This document shows positions 12,664-25,198 of a DNA stretch of 64,000 nucleotides, in pieces. The translations under genes were made by a program, and so were the position numbers. A model generated the notes under the pieces. The model had not been told where the DNA came from, made no database searches, and worked only from the letters and a program-made list of their open reading frames with translations. Positions within the stretch are counted from its first letter, which is position 1. Each line of letters starts with the position of its first letter. The DNA comes from Atractiella rhizophila (Eukaryota). Location of the stretch: the NCBI GenBank assembly GCA_021432655.1, contig MU271200.1, positions 52,159 through 116,158 of the forward strand, written 5' to 3'.

Positions 12664-13814
12664 ATGATTGACACGTCCAAGATTCATTCGCGCCTCAAAG
12701 GCAGCTTTCATTCACCTCCCACCAAGACCCCACCATCACCCAATCTCCTCGTGCTGTTCCACGGCCAAGGTATGTTCACGATCTATATTCCATAAGATAC
12801 ACCATGATAACGTTGTGACCACATCAGGCGATACTCTAGCGTCCTTCTTCAACCTCGCAAAGTCGCTTAATTTACCACAAACGGACTTCCTAGCCCTGCA
12901 AGGTCCCTTTCCCATTCCTCTGCTTGAAGAAGAAGCGTGGGAATGGATTCCTTCTTTTACCATGATGGGAGAGCGTATGTACCCCACACTCTTATAAGTC
13001 AGTATATAAGGCTAACTGCCGTGGTGGACAACAGCACTTGAATCCCCTGATCCGCGCGAGGCACTGTCCATCTTCTCTACCTTCTTCTCAACCCTATCAG
13101 ACTTCGGTTATGATCCTTCTTCTATCCATTTCATCGGGTACGGCCAAGGAGGTACATTCGCCTCTCAGCTCCTGCAGACGTCCAAACAGCGCATTGCCTC
13201 ATTCGTCTCCATCGAGTCTCCTCTGCTCTCCCTCCCATCCTCCTCCTCATCGAAAAACGAGACTCCTGTGTTGTTGGTTGGAAAGAAAAGTCGAGAGAAG
13301 GGATGGGAAAGATGGTGGCATCGCGCTTTCGAAAAGATTGGAAAGGAGTATTTGGAGGAGGACGGGAGTGACCTTGGGGAGAAGATGCCCAGAGGCAGGA
13401 AGGAGTGGGAGCCGATAATGCGGTTCGTTTCTTCTTACATTTCATCCTATCCGCCTCTGTTTGAAATTCATAATCTAAATCCGGTAAAGGTTCTGGGCAA
13501 AACACCTGCGTCGTGCAGAGGAAGAGAGGTGGAAGGACGATGCCTCAGTGATTGAAATCAAACCAGGAGAAACAAGTGTTGAAAGCATTCATGGAGCTGA
13601 ACCGGGTTTGAACGCGCAGAGAGCGATTTGGGATCTACCCATCACTGCCACGTCAACCTTCTCCACGCCAACAGTCACACCGATCAAAACAGCTTCTACT
13701 TCCACAGACCGGCCGACATCATCATCCACAGCGACACCAGTCATCAAAGCGAAAGAGAAGAATCCTCCGCAAAAAGTTGAAGGGAAAGGCTTGAAGAGGG
13801 GTTTTCTGCTATGA
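12664..13814 (+). CDS. Phospholipase/carboxylesterase-family alpha/beta hydrolase-like protein
   Basis: LLVLFHGQ|GDT...FFNLAKSLNLPQTDFLALQGPFPIP...W, FIGYGQGG and MPRGRKEWEPIMR|FW, across 4 exons. Confidence 0.75.
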
Positions 13815-15764
13815 GATTATTCTCTGGTGGAATGGACGGCCGGGATCGGATGGGCACATGAGGTAATAATGAGTCCGCTTCGTTTCAAACGTGACAACTC
13901 TTCTTTCAAAGATGGAAGAGCACTCAAATGAAGGGAATGAGCGGCCCAAGCCTTTCAAGACTGAGTCCAGTCAGGATATGTCAATGGCAACGAGTGTAGC
14001 AGTCCTCCTTGTACAGTGCAGGAACAAGTCGCCGGTTGGAAACTGTTCATTTGGTTTGAAATAACCTCTTTTAAGAGATGACAGTCTAAATTGTAATACC
14101 CCAAAAATGCGTCAGAGTAGTTGCGTGATCGATTTGAGACCAGTTCTCACCCCACATTGCTCTTGTCATGGATAGAGAGTATCACGGCCCTTTCAAAATA
14201 AGCCTCAATGTTAAATCTAGGTGCTCAGCCTCTTTCCATCTGAAAGATGCAATTAATGAAAGAGTTCAAGATTCCGTGAGAACAAAGAGAAATCTTCACA
14301 TTGCAACCGATTCATCGGTTGTCACTTACTGACCGTCATTAGCGGAGCAGCTTACTTGCAACCCAGGGCTAATTGAAGTGGAGTGCGTGCTAGTGCAGGT
14401 ACATTTGGTTCTCCTGAACGCGCATGTTACCTAGTGTGCAGGATTGTATCGACGCGCTTTTAGCAACCAAATCAAGCAAACTTTGGGATTTCGTGATTGC
14501 CGTAATCACGCGATTACTGATTTCGATTTCGACTCGTCTATTTGAGATTGTGAAGAGTGTCTGTGCGCAGATTTTGGTTGGGTGGTCGTTCAGTCTAGCT
14601 AGGGCTGGCTCAGAATTGCTCTGGGAATGGAACACCTTGATGGTGGAGTGACCCGACCCATTGCCATTTTTCCTTGGTGAACGCAAATAGCGGACAACAA
14701 CGCCACCTCCCGCAGACTTTCTTTCATCCATGACCATTTTTTACCCTTAATAGATCTTAATCTCCCGTGGCTCGCACACCGGCTGCGACAAGTCGCCTAT
14801 CGTGTCTGAGAACCGACTGATGGAATGGCATTCTAGAGAGGTGGAAGGCGGAACGGTGCAGGAACAGGAACAGGAAGGAGAACGATCTCTAGGAGTATTT
14901 CTATTGTCTTTAGGCGTACTCTTCGCCTCGGCTCGCTAAAGCCGAACTCCTCCCAGCATCTTGAATCGAAACGATTTGAGAACTGTTCAACTGCAAAAAC
15001 CCACTCGTCCATCGGCCTAGACCGGCTGACTCCGAGAATGTTCTCTGTCTTCCAGAAGGTTCAATTGTGTGCGCCAACTTGAATCTCCTCCTGAGTTTGC
15101 TGCGTGCCAGGACTCTATTACTCACTGTTGCCAATGCAGCAGTTAGGTGCTTGCGTCACAGGGCTCGGAAGCGACCGTGATCTCACCCGCGTTGCCACTG
15201 AAGCAGAATTGGAGATGAGCGCCACCCAAAAGAGGAGGTTGTGACTCAAAAGAGCTTCACTGAAACCTGAACTCGACCTGGAGGTTCAATCCAACTGTTC
15301 AAGACAGTTTCGGATCTGAGATATTGGTGCAATTGCACTTGGCAGAATGGGATCCTTGATGCCTGCTTGATGGCACTTGAATTAGATGTGGAATATTTGA
15401 ATTGCGAAAGCCGCTCCAACCGTTTGAGCTTCCACAATTTCTGAATTGAGGTGCCACGACATCGCGTCAATTCTGAGATTGCGGAGATGGTTTTCAGCTC
15501 CTGCCTCATTTGAATCAAATAACCGGCTGTGGGTGCAAACCATAAGCGGTATCCCCTGGAGATGGCATTGATACGCGTTCATTCTGCTGACGAAAGTTGA
15601 GATGTTCTCAATAAGGCTCCACGATGCGAACGACTGCCGACATGTGGTTGGAGAACACCTTGTTTCCCTGCTTTTCCCTGGTTTGCCTGCAAATGCTACT
15701 TAAGTGACCCGTTCCCGCGTCGAAAATCTGTCCACTCTTTTTTTTCCTCGTCGCCATCGCAAAC

Positions 15765-17446
15765 ATGAGCAGTGAGGCGCCCACTCAGACCTTCGTAGAG
15801 TGGAGGAGGGAGGACTACCGACTTCACATTTTGCCCGTTGTGCTTGGTGCCTCCTTGGGCTTCATCCTGTTCGGGATAACTCTGCATCAGTTCTTGCATG
15901 TCTTTAAAATCATGCACGAACGCGCGACTTGGTATTCGAGGTCGTGGTGGGTCCTGATGGTCCTGTTCTGGATCAATTTGGGAGACAGGTGTGTGTTCCC
16001 CTTTTTGTTTCCCCCACTCTTGACGTCGAGAGTAGTGTGAACAAACTCGTTCTTTTCGTCCGCTACATGCAGAGTGCTGCTCTCGATGGGCCACTCCTGT
16101 TTTACAAACCAGCTGATCGAACGATCAGTAAGTTTCTTGCTGGTCCACCATTATCATTATGACACTCACATACACCCTCGACAGTTCCAGTTTCAATCTT
16201 TCAAGGTACTCTCACGGTGTACGTCCAACTGCTCTACACCTATCGCATCCTACGGATCGTTCGGTTTGTCACTTCTCTATCTCGAACATGGTATCCCTGG
16301 ACGCTAATCATTGCTATCTAGGGGCATGGCCAAGTTCAACCCGTCCCATCGCCGAACCAAGCTCATTACATACGGGTACGACACTTCTCATTCTGGTTGA
16401 ATCCGGACTAACAAGAGGCAAGGTGTCTATGTGTGAGCGGAGTCTTGATAATCGCTTCAGTAAGTATCCCTATACAGATAGATTTAAAGAAGAGGTGCTC
16501 ACTGCAACAGGGCATCGGCTTCATCTTCTATGCTATTGGCGTGGCAAAACCAATTATCGACTACTTCCCAGGTCTGTTTGCTCCAGGGATCGTAGGTCTG
16601 GGCTGTGAGTTCCGATCTCCATTCCTTGGGAATCATTTGACGCAGAGTTGGTAGGTGCGTCATTGGTGGATGTGATTCTCTGCCTTTGCATGGTTTACCA
16701 TCTCCAACAACACAAAACGAAATCCGATTTCGACAAGACCAACTTCATGGCTACAAAGGTCCGATCCTTCTTAGTATTTGAGCTATCAGCTGACGAACTT
16801 CACATGAATAGTTCATGTGAGGCTCTTGAGCTCCCAGAATGCGTCGTCACTCATCGAACATTAGCAAGCTAACTCTTGAAACTGGACTTGCACCCACACT
16901 AATCCAAGTAAGTCCACCGTCAGCGGACTGTCATAGAAGCTCATAGATATTAGGTCCTGGAACTACTCTTCATTGTCCTCAAACCAGTTTGTCGTTCTCT
17001 CTTCATGTATGAAATGGCTGATGACAGCTTGAAGCGCTCGGGTTTGTGGGCAGGAGTTGGATATTTCATTGGAAAGGTCCAGTCATTACCTCTGTGACAA
17101 GCTGTGGCTGATAGACAAATTCTTAGTTGTATGTGATCGCCGCACTCGTTCTCTACGAAGCCTCCTTCGCCACGAACATGTCGTCGATAAGTCACGAACG
17201 AGAGAAGAACATGCACTCTTCACGAGAACTCTCACGAGGTCAATTCCGCAACCAAATCCTTGTGTGTCTTTTACTCGTCCCCCACATTGACGCATGCTGA
17301 AAAAGCGAAAGGTTACCCAAATTTCTGTGCAGCAAGCCGATGCCATAGAACAGTCAGTACAGCTCGAAAATGTACATTCTCCCCGTTCATATCGTGAGAA
17401 AAAAGGAGAGGAGGCTCTTTCGAGTGTACAAAGCTATGGGGTCTGA
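15765..17446 (+). CDS. Multi-pass membrane protein (basidiomycete DUF6534-like), many introns
   Basis: VVLGASLGFILFGITLHQFL, ASLVDVILCLCMVYHL and FIGK|LYVIAAL hydrophobic segments. Family assignment is by resemblance only. Confidence 0.6.
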
Positions 17447-18478
17447 GCTCTTAGATCTGACTTTTGGGATATTGTGGTTTGGTTTCTTCGATCTGCTTAA
17501 TCTTAGTATTGTTACCGTCGTTTGTGTGCTGGCTGAGTTTGCCTGCTTTGGATCTCTGTGTGGAGCATGGTATTGTAGACTTTGGTAGACATTGCAACCG
17601 TGAACATCGTTCATCTTAGAACCTAAAGAAATTTGCCACTTCAGGTAGTTTCAGAGGTTTCTTTCGTACACTGCTCTGCTCGGTCCAATTCGACCAACTT
17701 GATATCATCCAGTTGTCGCCTGAAGAGATTCTGATGAAATAACGGAGCAGGTACTGACTGAAGAGTAGTCTACGAACGACTCAACGCATTTGTCGACTCG
17801 TCACTGGCAGAGGAAGGCAAACTGGTGATTGATGACCAGTTTTGCTCTCATTATGCTCTCTTTTCCCTGTCTTTGCAGGGTTTGTTTGCTACGCAATCTC
17901 TTTCGATCATTGCACCTCAGCTAATTCAGTAATCCATCAGAACAGTTGGTGCTCCCGAGGTTCCTGTTCACGGTGAATTCCAAAGGCGTCCAAACTCACC
18001 TTCCTTTTGTTGACTCAAGGCGACGGAATACAGCATCAACTTTCTCGTCCCGTTACAATCAAGGATGCACATGAAGGTACAACATTCAAGCTAACGGCTG
18101 GTTATCGTTGGTTACAAATCTATTCAAGTTGATTTGACATCTGAGCCATCCACCCATCTACCGATGTTCCCGTGGTTACCTTTTTACCCTCTTTAACACA
18201 TCACTGAAGATGGATGTACAAACGGGCCCGATAATTACTCCTTTCAATGCGTTTTCGTTTCTCTACAAACGACAATCCACTCAAATCCTTCTCAACCTAC
18301 TCAGCAACGTCTGCTTTCGTCTTCAGTTACAGTTCTTCAGCAGACAGCGTGGAACAAAGATTATGAGGCTTTGTCCTAACACAGCGAATTCCGATTTGAT
18401 GCCCATTAGTTCAAAAGAGGTCGTTGGGAAGGAGCGAAGATAGAACCGTCTGGACTAGGAGCTTGTTAGCTGTGGGCA

Positions 18479-20615
18479 ATGTCTCAGCTTACCAACGGGA
18501 GCATTCAATGCACTCGATGTGAAGTTCTTCTCTCAAAGACTGATGAAGACAACTCGGATGCCGCGCTAGTGTGCTCTATGTGTTCAACGGCAAGGTATGT
18601 CTTTCCCTCAAAGCTTGGAGCACCTTCCGCTGATATCATTCGACAGCTCGAATGTATCACCGCCGTATTCGGAAACGAAGAGTCTCAGCGATTTCACCGC
18701 ACAGTCACGGCTTGCTGAAGATGAGGCAGTCAAAAGACTAAGATTTGAATTGGTCAACGGTCCGCTACCTTGCGTTAGATGGTGTTCGAGATATTTACTT
18801 CGCTTAGAATCACTATCCCGGACACCAGATCACCTTTTCAAGCACTTCTTCCCCAACTTGGCAACCCAATTTTGGAGTTGTGGACTCGATGCGAGCAAGC
18901 TGGGATCAAAGTATGGGGAGGTACATTGAATTTCATTATTCCCTCCTTTCACCTTAAGTGATACAACAGATCATTATCGCGACTCATTGTGCCAGAGGAG
19001 CAATGTCATCGCAACATCCTGTGATTCCTTCAATTTCTACAGAGGTTAAGATCTCAATCGGCTAGCATTAGGCAATCCTAGGCCTATCCAGCACGTCGCT
19101 GCCGAAAGTGCAGTCTTTGAGTGGCGATTTACGAGCATACGGACGAGCAAGAGACTCCCGCGTCAAATCGTTGCTGTATTTCGCTGTCGACCTTGTAAAA
19201 CGGAGCGATATCTTGCATGTTCCAAGCGTCGATGGGTTGGTTGTTCTGGATGACTTGACACAATACTTGCTCTGTAAGTTTCTTCGTCTTTCTTCAGTCT
19301 ATCAAATCCCATTACTGATGATCGGTGAACAGGTGATTTTGATACTGCACAAGCGCAGTTGGCGAAACGGTTGTTGAAAATTCGACTGAAACATTTCCAG
19401 GAGCTCTCCAACGCTGGCGGATTGAAATCAAGTGATAAAAGTGTGCTAGCCCACGGCCTTTTCGTATGTACCCCTTCATCCTAATCTGTAGGCTAAAGTG
19501 TTTCAATCAGACAAGTGACGTGCAGATCAGCCACACACTGGATGAGCCACTGATTTTGTTTGTCAGATCCCTTTATTTCGAATGAAAGACTGAAAACTGG
19601 AAAGAGAAATTCGAGACATGATCTGGATGTTCGCGGGCACTGGAATCCCATTGAGCTACTATCTCAATTCCGAGTCTTTGATCCGTCTCGACCCTTCCCA
19701 GCCGCATCATCACCTTGTGACAGAAGCATGCCACTTCGCACTGCAACGGGAGATTCTACTACTTAGTGAGATCCGTACAAACCTTTACAAACAGGTACTG
19801 AGGTCGTTCTAGGGGAGATACTGAGAATGGTCAAAAGATCCGGGGAAGCAGAGGAAGTTCTTGCTAAAATGGAAGGGAAACGTGACAAAGCAGTGGAATG
19901 GTTTAACGTCCATTCCACTCGCATGTCAGCTCGCGTATCCCAGCCAATGCCAGAAGGTGAATGGCATGGGTACGTCATAAGCTCTCTTGCTTGGGCTCCT
20001 TTTAAGCAGGCTTCAGCTCCCGATCTGTGTATCATGGCATTCTTCTAATCCAAGACTTTTTTGACATCGCTTCCGATACTCTCAAAATGAAGAATTCCTT
20101 TCCAACACCAGCGATACTTAAACGATGGCACAACACCGAAATGCAAGTTGCCAGAGAGTTCCACGTCCTGGCTGGCTATATCAGGTCACACATCCAGGTC
20201 CGTCGCTCTCCTCATTCTGAACACATTCACCAATATCAAGCCTATCTCTACAGAACTCGCCGTGGCCAAACTCACCTACTCACATGATTCTCCTTGATGC
20301 CTGTAAGGCCCTTACGAACGTCCCTGGCGGGCGGCAGGCATTCTTTACAAAAATGATGGGAGCGGAGCGGGGGGCATTACCGCTGGAAGAAAGAATGGCA
20401 GATGTAGAAGTCTGCCTGGGAGGTGAGTGGACAGACACTGCTGCTGCCAGTCACTGAACTGTGGTACGATAGCAATGAAGACGCTTGGATTCTATAGCCA
20501 AACATATGGGCAATGGGCGACCGATGTTGAGAATGAGCTGAAGCAGGTTGCGCAGCGGCGGCAGACCGTATCAAACAATGGAAGGAGATCGCGCAAGCAA
20601 AGCGATCACGAGTAA
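18479..20615 (+). CDS. Zn-finger regulator-like protein, divergent member of the family at 30844 and 49311
   Basis: N-terminal CTRC-x17-CSMC. The spliced AILGLSSTSLPKVQSLSGDLRAYGRAR aligns with AILG...DLRxQGYAR of the two paralogues. 3' end approximate. Confidence 0.55.
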
Positions 20616-20785
20616 ACCAACAAGGAACGGGTCTTTGCGTAACTGTAGCTTTTAACTGCTAACCTGTTCACCCCACTATCACTGGGAAAATCTGTACCGT
20701 TGCATTGAAGTTTATATCTTGGTTGCCCTTGCAATCCATCACCTCATTTTGATAAGCTAATCCTGCCTCACATATCAAGGTAATC

Positions 20786-22471
20786 TCATTCATCTTCCAC
20801 ACTCCTCATCTCTGCACCTCCTGCCTCTCCGAATTCATCCTCACTTTCATCTCCAGCTGGCGCCATTACGCCTTGCTGCTGAGATAACCTTCTCACGCTT
20901 CTAGGACTCTCTGGCGGACGTTCCGGCTCTTCCTCCAAAGTCATATTCTGTCCACTGTGTGGTGCAGGCGGTGGAGACGCTGGTGTAACTGGAGAGGGAG
21001 GGGCGGCGGGTAAAGATTCTTTTGTTGACTGAGATTGGACAGACGCCTGTGTAGTGCCTTGAGACTGAGTCGTGCCCTGAGATTGAGAACGAGGCAGCGT
21101 GACCGTGCTCTCGCTCGATCTATGTTGGGTCGCGTTGGCGTTTGCGACACTCTGTCTGGGTCCATGTTGCACTTGAGTTGGAGGGACAGATGCGTCGATA
21201 TAATACGGAGCAATAGGTACCATCCTCCCTTCTCGCTCACATGCCAAAACCCAATCTGGTCTAACGACGGGAATTGACATCCGAACAGCCTTTTCGTATT
21301 CGACGACAGGTGTAGGTGGGGGGCCATTTGAATTCGGAAGCTCTGGAGGTGGACCTTGAGGCGAGGAGCAAACGAAATGGGTCGTGTCGATCTGGATACG
21401 GTCCGTGTAGCGCGCCTTGATGACTCCAAGCGAGTTGATGGTTTGCGTCAACAGTGGTGCTGGAGATATCGAGCCGAGAGTCGCCACAATGCCTGAGGTG
21501 TCTGTTATCGTGTGTGTCTTCACTTTGAGAGTTTGGGAGCTGTATGTCCCGCCCGTCGTCTTCAACACGAGGTGGAATGTGTATTCAGTATCGAGTGCCA
21601 GAGCCGAGAGTTTTGTGCTCGTGAGGACGAGGGGATTAGGAATAGTTGTAAGTCTCTGGCCATTCTTGTACAACACCAAATTGATTAGTTTCGTCTGCGC
21701 GAGCTCTAGTTTATCCCACTCTAGAGTCACAGAGGTCTGAGTCACGTTTCGAAGCTTGAGGACAGGCGGTTGTGGAGTGTCCGTCCCGAAAAGAGAAAGA
21801 ATGTCGGATTGCAGTCTTGTGAACTCATCGTCCCGTGACTTTTCCTGAGGAAGATTTCGTGTACAGGAAATGTTTATAATGCTTCCTGGTTTCACGTTTG
21901 GTGGAAGGAGGAGAGAGGGAAATTCGATCAGATGAACAGAGTCTGAGATGAGGACCGCGATTCCCGCATCTGTGATAAGTGGTCAGATTCCATCTACTAA
22001 GCCATCAGATAAACTACAGCTGAGAACAGTATTGTCCTCCCTTTGACAGGGCTCACAACCAGGAAAGAGAGACACCTTTACTCTGCTTTCTATGATAGTC
22101 AGAGTTACAAACTCGCGGAGGCGTCCACAACCCAGAAATATTGTGCAAAGCAGAGCGAATATATAAATCGACAATATATGGGCTGGATGTCCAAGTTCAA
22201 ACTCGGAGTACCTCGAGGGCTGAAGTTCAGGATAATGGACCTCCATGGTATGGTAACGGTGTGTAAAAAGGATAAATTGTCTCTATGTGTCAAACCATAC
22301 GGAGACGCCAGTATGCAGCAGGAGACTGTAGACGGGACCCAGGCCTTCCACGTCCCTGGCTTTACTCAGTAGGAGAGGCTCACCTAGCTTCCCAATTGTA
22401 AAGCTCTGCCCCTTCACCTCCTCCTCATCCCCTGCCAAGGTAGCCTCCTCTGCTTTCTCATAAAGAGCCAT
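20786..22471 (-). CDS. CHS5: Exomer subunit Chs5 (Chs5-N, FN3 and BRCT domains)
   Basis: FTIGKL|DAGIAVLISDSVHLIEFPSLLLP, LKLRNVTQTSVTLEWD and TTHFVC...IPVVRPDWVLAC. One intron, 21970-22383. Confidence 0.92.
21994..22372 (-). ncRNA. Candidate structured intronic RNA (H/ACA-like elements) in the CHS5 intron
   Basis: 414-nt intron with a closing stem CUACUGAGU/GCUUAGUAG and several nested helices containing G-U pairs. An AGAGUA (H-like) box, a hairpin and an ACA lie near the 3' end. Confidence 0.4.
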
Positions 22472-22619
22472 TTCCACCCAACTTCGTCGATTTCAGTGCT
22501 TTCGGATGTTCACCTCACCAACTTTCTCTTGCAGCGGGCGGAAAACAGGAGTCGGCTGCGTTCACGACATTTCGACGCGTTCAATCAAACAACCGTGTTT
22601 GAAAGGCGTGAGAGCGAGT

Positions 22620-24868
22620 ATGGATCAAACTGCCCTTCGGTGGGTCTTGTTGCTTTGGGATGCAAGAAATGCCAGAATACTGATTATCGCGCATTGTAGA
22701 GCGGCAGTATTCAAAGTTGTATTTAAGGCGAAGGCGAATGGAGAAGGCGAAACTCTCACTCCGAAGCAAATTTTAGAGAGGTTATCACAGGAACATAGTC
22801 CTGCGAAGAGGGTAACGCCAGAATGGTGGAATGAGGGGGAAGGGAAGAAAAGTAAGAAGCAGGTGAAAGCTTGGGCACGGGAGGCGCTGGAACAGAAGGT
22901 ATGTTCTTTTCTGAGGGAGGCAGAGATGTGTGTTTCTCTTCAAAACAGCAATATTGAATTATCATGTAAAAGAGCGACCCAGACGTCGTACTGCTCATTT
23001 CTTTCCCTTTCGATTTATTGCTGTTCATCATGCCGGAATGTGAGGTGAGGTGTAAGAAGTGCGACATCGTCAAGACTTTTTGCTTACAACTAGACCTTCC
23101 TCGTAGCTATCGATGTGAAAGCTACGCCTTGCTACACTGTAGCCATTTCTGTTGGCCGGATGATGGATTAACACAATCTTAACTCCTGTCAGCGCATATA
23201 ACATCACTGTATGCATCCTTGGGCACAAATAGTGGTATGAGCTGATAAATTATTAACTATTATGATGGCTCAAAAGCGAGCAAGGGAGAGCTACGATGAA
23301 AGGTTACGGTACTGGCGAGCACTGGGGACAAGAAAGACTAGAATGGTCACTTGTCCCATATGGTTCATGTTTACAGGACAACTGACCAGGTATAGCCTCC
23401 CAAATATGACTTACTTCAGGAAGGCCATGGTTTTGATCTTCACAACTTTCTGCTCGGTGACTGATGCATCTGAGAAGTAGGCATAAATGGTTTTTCGCAC
23501 AACTTATTCCTTTTCCCAGATTTGCCACGAATATAAATTCTTTATTCCACTCCTGATCAAAGGGTACTCAGCTACATTTCTTCTGTCTAGTCAAATACAC
23601 GAGTTTGCATTAATGTCTGTTTTCTCTCCACCACAATTACTAGCGAATGAAGGATTCGCCCTCAGGGCATGTTCTTCCTATATTCACAGTAATACTTGCC
23701 CAAAGAATATACGGTCTGGGACTTCCTTGATGTGGAACTTCTTCACATCGATACAAGCTACCGTACTAATTGAGTGTCTTTAAGGAGGAACCCGAAGAAG
23801 TAACTGAAGAGGCAATATTACCTAAAAAGACGACTAAGAAGAACAAGAAACCGGAACCGTACTAATTGAGTGTCTTTAAGGAGGAACCCGAAGAAGTAAC
23901 TGAAGAGGCAATATTACCTAAAAAGACGACTAAGAAGAACAAGAAACCGGAAACTGAAGAATCTGAGGAAGAGCTGAACGAACGACGCAAATCCAAAGGC
24001 CGACCACCAAACAAGAACCGAGTTTCAAACAAAGGCAGCGAATCTGAATTATCTCAGAGCGAAGAGGAGCAGGATAGCTCCGAACCAGATACCCCGCCAT
24101 CAAAGAAACGTAAAGCGGCCTCGCAGCTAGATTCTGAAGCCCTTGCGCCGGCTCCAAAAAAATCTCGAAAAAACAACAAGCAGACGTTTAAATCAGCAGA
24201 GTTCATTGACTCTGAAGGACAACCCATCGAGACGCTAGAGGAAACCGTGGATAAAGAGAAGAAAGTCCAGAAGAGGAAAAAGAGTGAGGAGGTATCAAAA
24301 AAGGTGAAGAAATCGGTAGGTCCTCTGCTATGAGGTAAGATTTACTAATACGGGATACAGGTAAAAGGATCAGAATCGAAGCCAAAAGATGAAGAGACCA
24401 TTGATCGCTTAAAGGTGTGCCTCCACCGACGCCTTTGTCGTCTGTCTCACGTTTGCCTAGTCCTATGTGGTAGCCTGCGGAGTAAGAAAACGTTGGAATG
24501 TCGAGTTTGGCGAGAATGCCAGCAGCAGCGAGAAGATAAAGAAGCTACGAGAAATCTTGAAGGAGCTGGGAATGAGCGACGGTCGACTTTCCATGGCGAA
24601 AGCGAAGGAAATCAAAGCCAAACGGGACCTCGAAAAGGAGATGGCTGATTTGAAGAGTACAAGCCGAGCAGTAGCGGTTGATGAAGAAGGTACTGGGAGA
24701 GCGACGAGAAGTAAGAGGAATGTGGTACCTAGCGATGATGAGGATGATACCAAGGTCAGCGCCTCATTTTCTCGCTGACATGGACGACTAACACAGCGCA
24801 CCTAGGCTGAGAAGAAACGCATCACTTTTGATTTCTTAGGGGACCAGAGTGACTCCGATGACGACTGA
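22620..24868 (+). CDS. HIRIP3-like chromatin protein
   Basis: Acidic/basic low-complexity middle. C-terminal DEETIDRLK|SYVVACGVRKRW...LREILKELGMSDGRLSMAKAKEIKAKRDLEKEM. Contains a very long intron starting at 22899. Confidence 0.7.
23094..23761 (+). ncRNA. Candidate large structured intronic RNA
   Basis: A roughly 210-nt rod hairpin (23094-23304), further hairpins, and a 12-bp perfect long-range pairing between 23108-23119 and 23742-23753. Confidence 0.45.
23760..23951. repeat. Perfect 96-bp tandem duplication spanning branch point, 3' splice site and exon start
   Basis: ACCGTACTAATTGAGTGTCTTTAAGGAGGAA...AAACCGGA occurs at 23760-23855 and 23856-23951. Confidence 0.95.
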
Positions 24869-25198
24869 TCGCCCTTCCTATGTATTTCATGTCTGATTTG
24901 CTTGTGAGCAGTTGATTGTAATATAGCTTTACCACGCACCGCATTTTTCTGAGCCCAACGATGTTTGTCAAATTAGCTTGCTTTCGACGTGCCATTCCTT
25001 CTCGCTGCATCACCATTTCAGAGTGTCGGGAGAACATTGACGCTTTGCTTCCCTATGAACCTGCTCTCCAAAATCGCCAACGTACAGGAATAGTAAAGTA
25101 CAACGTTTGATTGTCATTTTGCTACTCTAGTACAAATCGGATTGTCAACAATTGGAAGGAACACAGCATCCTTTCTCATTTTAACGTGCTGCAGACGT

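Noticed and set aside
13900..15700. Several 60-115 aa ORFs
   Set aside because: No motifs or consistent exon chain could be built.
22336..22352. GGAAGGCCTGGG (minus strand) similar to RNase P CR-I in the CHS5 intron
   Set aside because: Too close to the 5' end for P2/P3, and there is no complementary CR-V.
22899..23784. Telomerase RNA, TPP riboswitch, snR30/U17 or ribozyme identity for the long intron
   Set aside because: No CUAACCCU-type template, no TPP core, no correctly placed m1/m2 pair before an ACA, and no hammerhead core. The AGAGAAACACAC hairpin-ribozyme-like word (minus strand, about 22927-22938) lacks its partner strand.
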